Assembly: GCA_965240325.2 (NCBI GenBank)
Contig: OZ251230.1
Span: 2,728,001 to 2,792,000 of the forward strand
Direction of reading: 5' to 3'
Source: Rebecca billardiae RCC1528
Taxonomy: Eukaryota; Protista; Haptophyta
DNA length: 64,000 bases
Of this stretch, positions 12,217 to 24,500 are shown piece by piece. The position numbers and the translations under genes are program-made. Positions within the stretch are counted from its first letter, which is position 1. Every line of letters begins with the position of its first letter. The notes below the pieces were generated by a model. That model saw nothing but the letters and a program-made list of their open reading frames with translations. It was not told where the DNA came from and did no database searches.

Positions 12217-15200
12217 GAGCTCAATCCACGCCGCGCCGTCGGCAGGCGAGCCGGCGGCACCGGCACCGGGCGGCGCAACGTCCGGCGGCAGCGTGTCCGC
12301 GCGCACGCGCGCCGCCGCGAGCCCCACGGCCGCCCCCGCCAGCCGCACGGGCGCCTCCCCCGGCAGCGCGCCGCTGAGCATTGCCCGCGCCAGCCAGCCC
12401 GCCAGCTGCAGCGCCGCCAGCCCGATCTGGACCGAGTCGGCGGGCGCGACGGCGCTGGTGGCGTTGGCGAGCAGCGCGCGGTCGGCGAGCCGGATGAGCG
12501 CTGCGGCGCTGGGGGCGTCGATGCCCTCGCCGCCCTCGTGCGCGCCGCGCGCCAGCGCCGCCGCCTGCTCGAGCACCGACGCCTGCGCGCCGCCGTCCTC
12601 CGACAGCAGCGCGCCGCGCGCCGCCGCGCCGACCGCCTCGAGCGCGGCCGCGTGCTGCGCGCGCGCTGCCGCGCCGGGGCCGGCGAGCGCGCCGGCCTCG
12701 CGCGTGAGCGCGAGCAGCGCGCCCGCGGGCGGCGCCGCCGACGCGTCGAGCCCCGCCACCGTCGAGACCAGCCGCAGCGCGCCCGGCGCGTCCGTGCGCT
12801 CGAGCGCCGCGCGCGCCCGAGCCAGCAGCGTCGCGGCCAGCGCGCCGCCGTCGTCGGCGTCGCTCGCGCCCGGCGCGACCTCGAGCGCCGCGCTCGCGCG
12901 CGCCTCGGCGCCGCGCGCGTCGGAGACGCGCACGCGCACGCGAAGCCGGCCGGGCGGCAGCACCACGCCCGTGAGCGACGGGCTGTCCGCGCGCGGGCCG
13001 CTCAGAAGCGGCACGGCCGCGCGCGCACCGCCGCCGCCGCCGCCGAGCGCCGCGTCCGCGTGCGCGTGCGCGTGCGCGTACTCAAATGCGTACCGCAGCG
13101 GCAGGTCGTCCGCGTCGTCGTCGGCCCAGCCGCGCGCGCTCAGCGTCAGCTCGGCGCCGAGCTCCACGCGCGCGCCGTCCGCGAGCAAGCCGCCGCCCGC
13201 GTCCGCGCGCACGTCGAGCGCGCCGCCAAACGGCGGGCGGTTGACGCTCACGCGCACGGCCGCGCCGCCCGCCCCCGCCTCGGGCAGCGAGACGTCGGCC
13301 ACGCGCAGCTCGAACACGTACTCGGCGCCGGGCGCGAGCGCGCCGCTTCGGAACGCGAGGGCGCGCGAGGCGCCGCCCGTCGTCGTGACCGACGCCGTGT
13401 CGCTCAGGTTGAGCGGCGCGGGCGCGAGCGCGCCGCCCGCGCCCACGAGCCACGCGCGCCACTCGAAAGCATACGCGCCGCCGCCGCCGCCCGCCGCCGC
13501 CGCCGCCGTCGGCTCGCGCGCCTCGATCGCCAGCCGCTCGGTGGGGAGGCGCCAGCTGGGGTTGTACACGGTGCGCGGCAGCGGCAGCAGCGCCACGCCG
13601 GGCGGCGAGCCCGCCGCCACCTCCACCGCCATCGTCGCGCTCGACTCCGCCGCCTCCGCCGCCGCGCCGCCCGGCCGCGCGACGCGCACGCGCACGGAGT
13701 ACGCGCCGGCCGGGAGCGCGCGCGCGGGGATGGTGAGCACGCCCGCGGGGGAGGCCGTGGCGTTGGGCGGGAGCGGCAGCGCCGAGCCCGCGCCCAGCCC
13801 GCCACCGCCACCAGCGCCCTCGTCCCGCCGCAGCAGCAGCCACTCGAACGCCAGCAGCGCCGCCTGCGCGCGCTCGGCCGCGCCGCCCTCACGGCCTGCC
13901 GAAGGGTCGTAGCTGGCGGACGCGTCGGCGACGACGGGCTCGTCCGCGCCGAACGTGCGCGCGTCGGCGGCGAGCACGGCGACGGGCGGCGCGCGGCGCA
14001 CCGCGATCGTCGCGCGCGCGCTCGAGCGCGCGCCCGGCTCGTCCGCCATGCTGGCCAGCACCTCGAGCTCGTAGGCAAAGCCGGCGCGCAGCGCGTGCGC
14101 CGGCAGAGCCAGCCGCGCGCCGCGCGCGAGCGCGCGCGCGCTCAGGTCGGGCAGCGGCGCGGGCGCGGCGGCGGCGGCGGGCGCGTCGAGCGGCGTCGCG
14201 CCGAGCACGCGCCAGCTCAGCACCACGCGCTCGCCGCGCGCCGCGGGCCAGCACGGCGGCAGCTGCTGCACGCGCGCCGAGAGCTCAAGCGGCCGGTCGG
14301 CGCGCACGGCGCCGGCGGGCGTGCCGAGCAGCGCCACGCTGGGCGCCGGCGTGCGCGCGCGCCGCACCTCGGCCCACGCGAGCTCGGAGGGCACGCCGAG
14401 GAAGGAGGTGACGCGCAGCGCGACCACGTACCCTCGCGCGGACGTGGCGGCGGGCAGCTCGCCCACGCGCACGCTCGACGCGGACGGCGGCAGCGCGCGC
14501 AGCGCGGCCTCGACGCGCGCCGCGCCCGCGCCCGCCGCGCCGCCGTCGAGCCCCCAGCTGTACGAGGGCGGCACGACGCCGCCGGCGCTCGACGCGGTGC
14601 CGTCGAAGGCGAGCGACTCGTTGGCGCACGGCGAGAGCGCCGCGGGCGCGCGCAGCACCGCCACGGGCGTCGGGCACGGCGCGTCGCCGCACGGCGCGTC
14701 CGGGTCGACGGTGGCGGATGCGGCCTCGTTGCCCGCGAGCGCAGCGGCGGCGCACGCGGCCCACGCGCACGCCGCGGGCCGCACCGCGCCCGCGCGCACG
14801 CCGACGCGCATGCCGGGCGCGGCGTGCGTGTCCGCGCTCAGCCGCACGGCGAGCGTCGAGTCGTCCCGCCAGTAGCACCGCGCCCACGCCGCCGCCGCCG
14901 CCTCGGTGTCTGCGTCCTCTGCAGGGGGCGCGTCCGCGCCCGCGCCCGCGCCGTCCGCACCGTCTGCGGCCGCGTCGCCGCGCAGCAGCGCGAGCGTCTC
15001 GTCGTCGAGCAGCGGCGCGCACGGGCCGAGGCCGCCGCCCATACCCGCGCGGTCGGTCGGCTGCGCGTCGAAGCGCAGCAGCAGCGCCGCGCCGCTCGCC
15101 GGGTCAAAGTGCGCACCCTCGAGCGCGGGCGCGTGCGGCGAGGGCTCAAAGGAGAAGCGCACCGCGCCCGGCCCGCCCGGCGTGCGCGGCGACCACTGCT

Positions 15201-15547
15201 GCCCGTTGAGCGAGACGAAGAGCTGCACGGCGCGCGAGCCGGCGGCGCCGTCCGCGCTGCCGTTCGCCCCCGGCGCGAAGTGCGTCGCCCGCTGCAGCAG
15301 CACGCCGTGCGCGGCCGAGGCCGAGAGCGGTGGCTCGGCTCGCGCGCGCCCAAACGCGACGCGCACGGCCGCGCCGCCGAGGAGCGAGCCGGCGCCCGCC
15401 AGCTGGATGAGCGTGGTGGTGCGCGCCATGCCGCGCGCGGGCGTGACCGACAGCACGCGCAACGCCGCGTCGTCGTAGTACCGGAACGAGACGGCCGCCG
15501 ACGCCGTGCGGCCGACGATGACGCCCGCCGCGCCGCCGCCGCCATTG

Positions 15548-15590
<43 letters not shown>

Positions 15591-18500
15591 GCTCCTCCGC
15601 CCGCACGCCGAGCTCGAGCGCGAGCGGCCCGGCCGCGCTGCCCGGCGGCAGCACGCAGCGCGCGCGGCTCGTGCCGTTCAGCGCGCGCAGCAGCTCGGCG
15701 CGCGCGGCGCACGCCTCGCCGCTGTGCTCGGGCAGCAAGCAGCACAGCGCGGAGCCGGCCGCGGCGGCGAGCTCAAAGCCTGCGCCGCTCAGCGTGACGA
15801 CGGTGCCGCCGGACAGAGGGCCGGAGTCGGGCTCGACGGCGGCCAGCGAGACGTCGGCGGCGAAGTCGAAGAGGCGCAGCGAGGGCGGGCCGAACAGCGC
15901 CGGCACGACCGCCCCGCCCGCGCCGGGCGCGCCCAGCCACAGCGAGAGCACGTACTCGCCCGCGCCGAGCGCGGCGCCGGCCGCGCCGCCGGCCGCGGCC
16001 GCCCCGCACGCCCACTGGCCGAGCGGCAGCGCGCACGCCGCCGCCTCCTCGTGCAGCAGCGTGCCGTTGAGCGTGAGCAGCGGCGCCGAGGCGCCGCTCT
16101 GTATGCGCGCGGCCGTCGTCGGCTCGCCCCGCGGCCCCGCCGCCGCGTGCAGCGTGCACGCCACCCGCTCGGACGCGCCCGCGTCCGCGACAAAGCCGCG
16201 GCCGGCCACGGTGAGCGTGGTGGTGGTGGTGGGCGCGGCCGACCCGTCCGCGCACGCCAGCCGCCGCCGCGCAGCGCCGCCCTCGCCGTCCGCGCGCGGG
16301 CCGAGCGGGACGGTGCTGGGCGAGAGGCCGAGGACGAGGGCGCGCAGCAGCGGCGGCGGCGGCGGCGGCGGCGCGGACGGCGGCGCGGACGGCGGCAGGC
16401 TCGGCGGAGACGGCGGCGGGAAGGGCTCGGCGCGCGGCGGCGGCGGAGGGCGCGGCGGCGGGCGGGGCGGCGCGCGCGGCGGCGGCGAGGGCGGAGGGCT
16501 CGGCGGCGGCGCGGGCGGCGGGCTCGGCGGTGGGCTCGGCGGCGGCGCGGGCGGCGCGCGCGGCGGCGGCGACGGCGGAGGGCGCGGCGGCGGCGAGGGC
16601 GGTGGGCTCGGCGGCGCGGGCGGCGGGAAGGGCTCGGTGCGCGGCGGCGGCGGCGGCCGCGGCGGCGCGCTCGGTGGCGGCTGCGGCGGCCGCGGCGGCG
16701 GCCGCGACGGCGGCGGGCTGGGAGGCGGCGACGGCGGAGCACGCGGCTGGGGCGACGGCGGCGGGCTCGGCGGCGGGCTGGGAGGCGGCGACGGCGGCGG
16801 GGATGGTGGCCGTGGCGGAGGGAACGGCTCGGTGCGCGGCGGAGGCGGTGGCAGCGGTGGCGGGCGCGGCGGCGGGCGCGACGGCGGCTGGCGAGGCGGG
16901 CTCGGGGGCGGGCTCGGGGGTGGAGCCGGCGGCGGCAACGGCGCGGGGCCCGGCGGCGGCGCGGGCACGAGCGCAGGCGGTGGAGACGGCGGAGGGCTTG
17001 GAGGCGGGCTCGGCGGAGACGCCGGCGGTGGGGACGGCGGCGGACTGGGCGGCGGGTGCGGCGGAGGCGAGGGCGGCGGCCTTGGTGGCGGCGCGGGGGG
17101 GGGCGAGGGCGGCAGGCTCGGCGGTGGCAACGGAGGCGGCGAGGGCGGCGGGCTCGGAGGCGGCGAGGGCGGCGGGCTCGGCGGCGGCGAGGGCGGCGGG
17201 CTCGGCGGCGGGCTCGGCGGTGGGCTCGGTGGCGGCGACGGTGGTGGGCTTGGCGGCGGAGACGGTGGCGGCGAGGGCGGTGGGCTCGGCGGCGGGCTCG
17301 GCGGCGGCGACGGCGGCGGGCTCGGCGGTGGCGAAGGCGGCGGCGAGGGCGGTGGGCTTGGAGGCGGCGAGGGCGGCGGACTCGGCGGCGGTGAGGGCGG
17401 CGGGCTGGGTGGTGGGCTTGGCGGCGGGCTCGGCGGCGGGCTCGGCGGTGGCGACGGTGGCGGGCTCGGCGGCGGGCTCGGCGGCGGCGAGGGCGGAGGG
17501 CTTGGCGGTGGCGATGGCGGCGGCGACGGTGGCGGACTCGGCGGCGGGCTCGGTGGCGGGTTCGGCGGCGGGCTCGGCGGCGGAGAGGGCGGCGGGCTCG
17601 GAGGGGGCGAGGGCGGTGGGCTCGGCGGTGGCGATGGTGGCGGCGACGGTGGTGGGCTCGGAGGCGGCGAGGGCGGTGGGCTCGGCGGCGGGGACGGCGG
17701 CGGCGAGGGCGGCGGGCTTGGCGGCGGGGACGGCGGTGGGGATGGCGGTGGGCTTGGTGGTGGGCTCGGCGGCGGGCTGGGTGGTGGAGACGGCGGCGGG
17801 CTCGGCGGCGGCGAGGGCGGCGGGCTTGGCGGCGGAGACGGTGGCGGCGAGGGCGGTGGGCTCGGCGGCGGGCTCGGCGGCGGCGACGGCGGTGGGCTCG
17901 GCGGTGGCGACGGTGGCGGCGAGGGGGGTGGGCTCGGCGGCGGCGAGGGCGGTGGGCTCGGCGGCGGGGACGGCGGCGGGGACGGCGGCGGGCTCGGCGG
18001 CGGCGACGGCGGCGGGCTCGGCGGCGGGCTTGGCGGCGGCGAGGGCGGCGGGCTCGGCGGCGGCGAGGGCGGCGGGCTTGGGGGCGGGCTCGGTGGCGGC
18101 GACGGCGGCGGGCTCGGCGGCGGGCTTGGCGGCGGCGAGGGCGGCGGGCTTGGCGGCGGGCTCGGCGGGGGCGACGGCGGTGGGCTCGGCGGCGGTGATG
18201 GTGGCGGGCTCGGCGGTGGCGACGGCGGTGGGCTCGGCGGCGGCGAGGGCGGCGGGGACGGCGGTGGGCTCGGGGGCGGGCTCGGAGGCGGGCTCGGTGG
18301 TGGGCTCGGCGGCGGCGAGGGCGGCGGGCTTGGCGGCGGGCTCGGCGGGGGCGACGGTGGCGGCGACGGTGGTGGGCTCGGCGGCGGCGAAGGTGGCGGG
18401 CTTGGCGGCGGCGAGGGCGGCGGGGACGGCGGTGGGCTCGGGGGCCGGCTCGGAGGCGGGCTCGGTGGTGGGCTCGGCGGCGGCGAGGGCGGCGGGCTTG

Positions 18501-21500
18501 GCGGCGGGCTCGGCGGGGGCGACGGTGGCGGCGACGGTGGTGGGCTCGGCGGCGGCGAAGGTGGCGGGCTTGGCGGCGGGCTCGGCGGCGGCGAAGGTGG
18601 CGGGCTTGGCGGCGGGCTCGGCGGCGGGCTTGGCGGCGGCGAGGGCGGCGGGCTCGGCGGCGGGCTCGGCGGGGGCGACGGCGGTGGGCTCGGCGGCGGC
18701 GAGGGCGGCGGGGACGGCGGTGGGCTCGGGGGCGGGCTCGGAGGCGGGCTCGGCGGTCGGCTCGGCGGCGGCGAGGGCGGCGGGCTTGGTGGCGGCGACG
18801 GTGGTGGGCTCGGCGGCGGCGAAGGCGGCGGGCTCGGCGGCGGCGAGGGCGGCGGGCTCGGCGGCGGCGAGGGCGGTGGGCTCGGCGGCGGGCTCGGCGG
18901 CGGCGAGGGCGGCGGGCTCGGCGGCGGCGAGGGCGGCGGGCTTGGGGGCGGGCTTGGGGGCGGGCTTGGCGGCGGGGACGGCGGCGGCGACGGCGGCGGG
19001 CTCGGCGGCGGGGACGGCGGTGGGCTCGGTGGCGGGCTCGGCGGCGGGCTCGGTGGCGGACTTGGCGGCGGGCTTGGCGGAGGCGATGGCGGTGGACTCG
19101 GCGGTGGCGACGGTGGCGGGCTCGGCGGCGGGCTCGGCGGCGGGCTCGGTGGCGGACTTGGCGGCGGGCTTGGCGGAGGCGATGGCGGTGGACTCGGCGG
19201 TGGCGACGGTGGCAGCGATGGTGGTGGGCTAGGCGGCGGCGAAGGAGGAGGGCTTGGCGGCGGCGACGGCGGCGGCGACGGTGGCGGGCTCGGCGGAGGG
19301 CTTGGTGGTGGAGACGGTGGCGGGCTTGGCGGCGGGGACGGCGGCGGGCTCGGAGGCGGGCTCGGCGGCGGGCTGGGCGGTGGGAACGGTGGCGGCGATG
19401 GTGGCGGGCTTGGCGGCGGCGACGGCGGTGGGCTTGGCGGTGGCGAGGGCGGTGGCGACGGCGGCGGGCTCGGTGGCGGCAGCGGTGGAGGGCTTGGTGG
19501 CGGTGACGGCGGTGGACTCGGCGGTGGTGACGGTGGTGGATTCGGTGGTGGCGAAGGCGGCGGGCTCGGGGGCGGGCTGGGCGGCGGGCTCGGCGGCGGG
19601 CTTGGAGGCGGCGAGGGCGGTGGGCTCGGCGGCGGCGACGGAGGAGGGCTCGGCGGCGGCGATGGTGGCGGCGAAGGCGGTGGCCTAGGCGGCGGACTTG
19701 GCGGCGGGGAGGGCGGGGGTGAGGGTGGCGGGCTGGGTGGCGGGCTGGGCGGCGGCAAAGGCGGTGGCGACGGCGGCGGGCTCGGCGGCGGCGATGGCGG
19801 CGGGCTTGGCGGCGGGCTCGGCGGTGGGCTCGGCGGCGGCGGCGACGGTGGCGGCGAGGGCGGCGGTGAGGGCGGCGGCGAGGGCGGCGGGCTCGGCGGC
19901 GGTGAGGGTGGCGGCGACGGCGGCGGTGAGGGCGGCGGGCTTGGCGGCGGCAAAGGCGGCGGGCTCGGCGGCGGGCTCGGCGGCGGGCTCGGCGGCGGCG
20001 GGCTCGGCGGTGGCGAGGGCGGCGGCGAGGGCGGCGGCGACGGTGGTGGCGAGGGCGGCGGGCTGGGCGGTGGCGATGGCGGCGGACTTGGCGGCGGGCT
20101 CGGCGGCAGGCTCGGAGGCGGGCTGGGCGGTGGGCTGGGCGGCGGAGAGGGCGGTGGCGGGCTCGGCGGCGGCGACGGCGGCGGGCTCGGCGGTGGCGAC
20201 GGCGGCGGGCTCGGCGGCGGCGAAGGCGGCGGGCTCGGCGGCGGCGAAGGCGGTGGGCTCGGCGGCGGCGGCGACGGTGGCGGCGAGGGCGGCGGTGAGG
20301 GCGGCGGCGAGGGCGGCGGGCTCGGCGGCGGCGAGGGTGGCGGCGACGGCGGCGGTGAGGGCGGCGGGCTTGGCGGCGGCGAAGGCGGCGGGATCGGCGG
20401 CGGGCTCGGCGGCGGGCTCGGCGGCGGCGGGCTCGGCGGTGGCGAGGGCGGCGGCGAGGGCGGCGGCGACGGTGGTGGCGAGGGCGGCGGGCTAGGCGGT
20501 GGCGACGGCGGCGGACTTGGCGGCGGGCTCGGAGGCGGGCTCGGAGGCGGGCTGGGCGGTGGGCTGGGCGGCGGAGAGGGCGGTGGCGGGCTCGGCGGCG
20601 GCGACGGCGGCGGGCTCGGCGGTGGCGACGGCGGCGGGCTCGGCGGCGGTGATGGCGGCGGGCTTGGCGGCGGGCTCGGCGGTGGGCTCGGCGGCGGTGG
20701 CGACGGTGGCGGCGAGGGCGGCGGTGAGGGCGGCGGCGAGGGCGGCGGGCTCGGCGGGGGCGAGGGTGGCGGCGAAGGCGGCGGTGAGGGCGGCGGGCTT
20801 GGCGGCGGCGAAGGCGGCGGGCTCGGCGGCGGGCTCGGCGGTGGGCTCGGCGGCGGCGGGCTCGGCGGTGGCGACGGCGGCGGCGAGGGCGGCGGCGACG
20901 GTGGTGGCGAGGGCGGCGGGCTCGGCGGGGGCGACGGCGGCGGACTTGGCGGCGGGCTCGGAGGCGGGCTCGGAGGCGGGCTGGGCGGTGGGCTCGGCGG
21001 CGTAGAGGGCGGTGGCGGGCTCGGCGGTGGCGACGGCGGCGGGCTCGGCGGCGGCGACGGCGGCGGGCTCGGCGGCGGGCTCGGCGGTGGGCTCGGCGGC
21101 GGGCTCGGCGGCGGGCTCGGCGGCGGCGGCGACGGTGGCGGCGACGGCGGCGGTGAGGGTGGCGGCGAGGGCGGTGGGCTCGGCGGGGGCAAGGGTGGCG
21201 GCGAGGGCGGCGGTGAGGGCGGCGGGCTCGGCGGTGGCGACGGCGGCGGCAACGGCGGCGGGCTCGGCGGCGGGCTCGGCGGCGGCGGGCTCGGCGGTGG
21301 CGACGGCGGTGGCGAGGGCGGCGGCGAGGGCGGCGGGGAGGGCGGCGGACTCGGCGGTGGCGACGGTGGCGGGCTTGGCGGCGGGCTCGGCGGCGGCGGG
21401 CTCGGTGGTGGGCTCGGCGGCGGGCTCGGCGGCGGCGAGGGCGGCGGGCTTGGCGGCGGCGAGGGCGGTGGGCTTGGAGGCGGGCTGGGGGGTGGGCTTG

Positions 21501-24500
21501 GTGGCGGGCTCGGTGGCGGGCGTGGCGGCGGTGATGGCGGCGGGCTCGGCGGCGGCGGGCTTGGCGGCGGGGACGGTGGCGGGCTCGGCGGTGGCGATGG
21601 TGGCGGCGATGGCGGCGGGGACGGCGGAGGCGACGGCGGCGGGCTTGGTGGCGGGCTCGGCGGGGGCGGGCTCGGCGGCGGGCTCGGCGGCGGTGAGGGT
21701 GGTGGGCTTGGCGGCGGGCGTGGTGGCGGGCTCGGCGGCGGGCTTGGCGGTGGCGATGGTGGCGGGCTTGGCGGTGGCGACGGCGGTGGTGAGGGCGGAG
21801 GGCTTGGCGGCGGCGATGGTGGCGGTGGGCTCGGCGGCGGGCTCGGCGGCGGGCTCGGCGGTGGCGACGGTGGCGGGCTTGGCGGCGGGCTAGGCGGCGG
21901 GCTCGGCGGTGGCGAAGGTGGTGGCGCGGGCGGCGGCGGGCTCGGCGGTGGCGATGGCGGCGGTGAGGGCGGTGGCGACGGTGGCGGCGACGGCGGCGGC
22001 GACGGCGGCGGCGACGGCGGCGGCGACGGTGGCGGGCTCGGTGGCGGCGGGCTCGGCGGGGGCGAGGGCGGTGGCGAGGGCGGCGGGCTGGGCGGCGGCG
22101 AGGGCGGCGGCGAGGGCGGCGGGCTCGGAGGTGGCCTGGGTGGCGGTGACGGCGGTGGTGATGGCGGAGGCGATGGTGGCGGGCTCGGTGGCGGTGAGGG
22201 CGGCGGGCTCGGCGGCGGGCTCGGTGGTGGCGACGGGGGCGGGCTCGGCGGTGGTGACGGCGGCGGGGAGGGCGGAGGGCTTGGTGGCGGCGATGGCGGT
22301 GGTGGGCTCGGCGGCGGGCTCGGCGGTGGTGACGGCGGCGGGCTCGGCGGCGGGCTTGGCGGAGGCGACGGTGGTGGGCTCGGCGGTGGCGATGGAGGCG
22401 GCGAGGGTGGCGGTGACGGCGGAGGCGATGGCGGCGGGCTTGGAGGCGGGCTTGGCGGGGGCGGGCTCGGCGGTGGGCTCGGCGGCGGGCTCGGCGGCGG
22501 GCTTGGCGGCGGTGAGGGCGGCGGGCTCGGCGGCGGGCTCGGCGGTGGCGACGGGGGCGGGCTCGGCGGTGGGGAGGGCGGTGGGGAGGGCGGAGGGCTC
22601 GGTGGTGGGCTGGGCGGCAGTGGGCTCGGGGGCGGGCTCGGCGGTGGCGACGGCGGCGGGCTCGGCGGCGGGCTTGGCGGTGGCGACGGTGGTGGGCTCG
22701 GCGGTGGCGATGGAGGCGGCGAGGGTGGCGGTGACGGCGGAGGCGATGGCGGCGGGCTTGGAGGCGGGCTTGGCGGGGGCGGGCTCGGCGGTGGGCTCGG
22801 CGGCGGTGAAGGCGGCGGGCCTGGCGGCGGTGAGGGCGGCGGGCTCGGCGGTGGACTTGGTGGTGGCGACGGTGGCGGGCCCGGCGGCGGTGACGGTGGT
22901 GGCGAGGGCGGAGGGCTCGGTGGTGGCGACGGAGGTGGGGACGGGGGCGGCGGGCTCGGAGGTGGGCTCGGCGGCGGCAAGGGCGGCGGGCTTGGCGGCG
23001 GGCTTGGCGGCGGCGGGCTCGGGGGCGGGCTTGGCGGTGGCGACGGTGGCGGGATCGGAGGTGGGCTCGGCGGTGGCGAGGGCGGTCGAGACGGCGGCGG
23101 ACTCGGCGGCGGGCTGGGAGGCGGCGGACTGGGCGGCGGGCTCGGCGGAGGCGAGGGTGGCGGGCTGGGCGGCGGGCTCGGTGGTGGACTGGGCGGCGGG
23201 CTCGGCGGCGGGCTCGGCGGCGGGCTGGGAGGCGGCGGGCTCGGCGGCGGGCTCGGCGGCGGGCTCGGCGGCGGGCTCGGCGGCGGCGACGGCGGCGGGC
23301 TTGGCGGTGGGCGAGGCGGCGGGCTCGGAGGCGGCGATGGTGGCGGGCTGGGCGGCGGTGACGGCGGCGGTGACGGCGGCGGCGGGCTCGGTGGCGGGCT
23401 CGGTGGCGGCGAGGGCGGCGGCGAGGGCGGCGGCGAGGGCGGCGGGCTCGGTGGCGAGCTCGGTGGCGGGCTCGGCGGTGGGCGCGGAGGCGGCGGACTG
23501 GGCGGTGGGCTCGGCGGAGGCGACGGCGGTGGGCTTGGCGGTGGCGAGGGCGGCGGGCTGGGCGGTGGGCTCGGCGGCGGGCTCGGCGGCGGCGATGGTG
23601 GCGGGCTGGGCGGTGGCGACGGCGGCGGTGAGGGCGGCGGTGACGGCGGCGGTGGCGAGGGGGGCGGGCTTGGAGGCGGCGAGGGCGGCGGCGACGGCGG
23701 TGGGCTCGGAGGCGGCGAGGGCGGTGGCGAGGGCGGCGGCGAAGGCGGCGGGCTCGGCGGAGGGCTCGGCGGCGGGCTTGGCGGCGGGCTCGGCGGCGGC
23801 GGGCTGGGCGGCGGGCTCGGCGGGGGCGAGGGCGGCGGGCTTGGCGGCGGGGAGGGCGGCGGAGGCGAGGGCGGCGGCGTGGGCGGCGGCGGCGACGGCG
23901 GCGGCGACGGCGGCGGCGGCGACGGCGGCGGCGAGGGCGGCGGCGACGGCGGCTGCGGCGGCAGGATCTCGACCGGCGGCAGCGCATCGCCCATCGAGCC
24001 GGATGCGAAGCCGATGTTGTCGGGGCTCCCCTGCCCCAGCTCGCCGTGCGAGTCCTCGCCCCAGCTGCGTGGCGTTGGCACACGGCGGGGCGGGGCGGCA
24101 AGGCGCGGGGGCGAGGGGCCGTGAGGCGCGGCGCGGCGCGGGGCGCGCACGTGCGCGGCTGTGCCGGCCGCAGCCGTCTCCACGCGCGGCGCGGCGGCAC
24201 GGCGGCGCGCTGCGCCGGCTGGCGCGCATCGACGCGCCTCCACTCCCGCAGCGCGGGCCAGCCAAGTCCTGCCCTAGCCCTGCCCTAGCCCTGCCCAGGC
24301 GCGGCACGCACGCGCAGCCCGCCACCGCGCCGCCGCGCGTGCCGGGCGGCGGTGCGCGCACCACTTGACGGTGCCGTCGTCGAGCAGCGCGCACACCGAC
24401 CTGTCGAGCGTGTCGAACGCGGCCACGGTGCGCCCCGAGCCCAGCGGGACGGTGGGCAGCGAGGCGCCCATCTCGCCGCTGTTGTCGCCGCGGTAGCTCG

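Noticed and set aside
24065-24243. ORF-track start of the 5,583-aa protein at 24243
   Set aside because: This lies in intron 4 (24361-24065). The real N-terminus comes from four upstream exons.
11158-24368. Huge overlapping ORFs (2,078, 2,872 and 2,803 aa; poly-Gly, poly-Arg, Ala-rich)
   Set aside because: Expected by-products of stop-poor, GC-rich repetitive coding sequence; no domain motifs.
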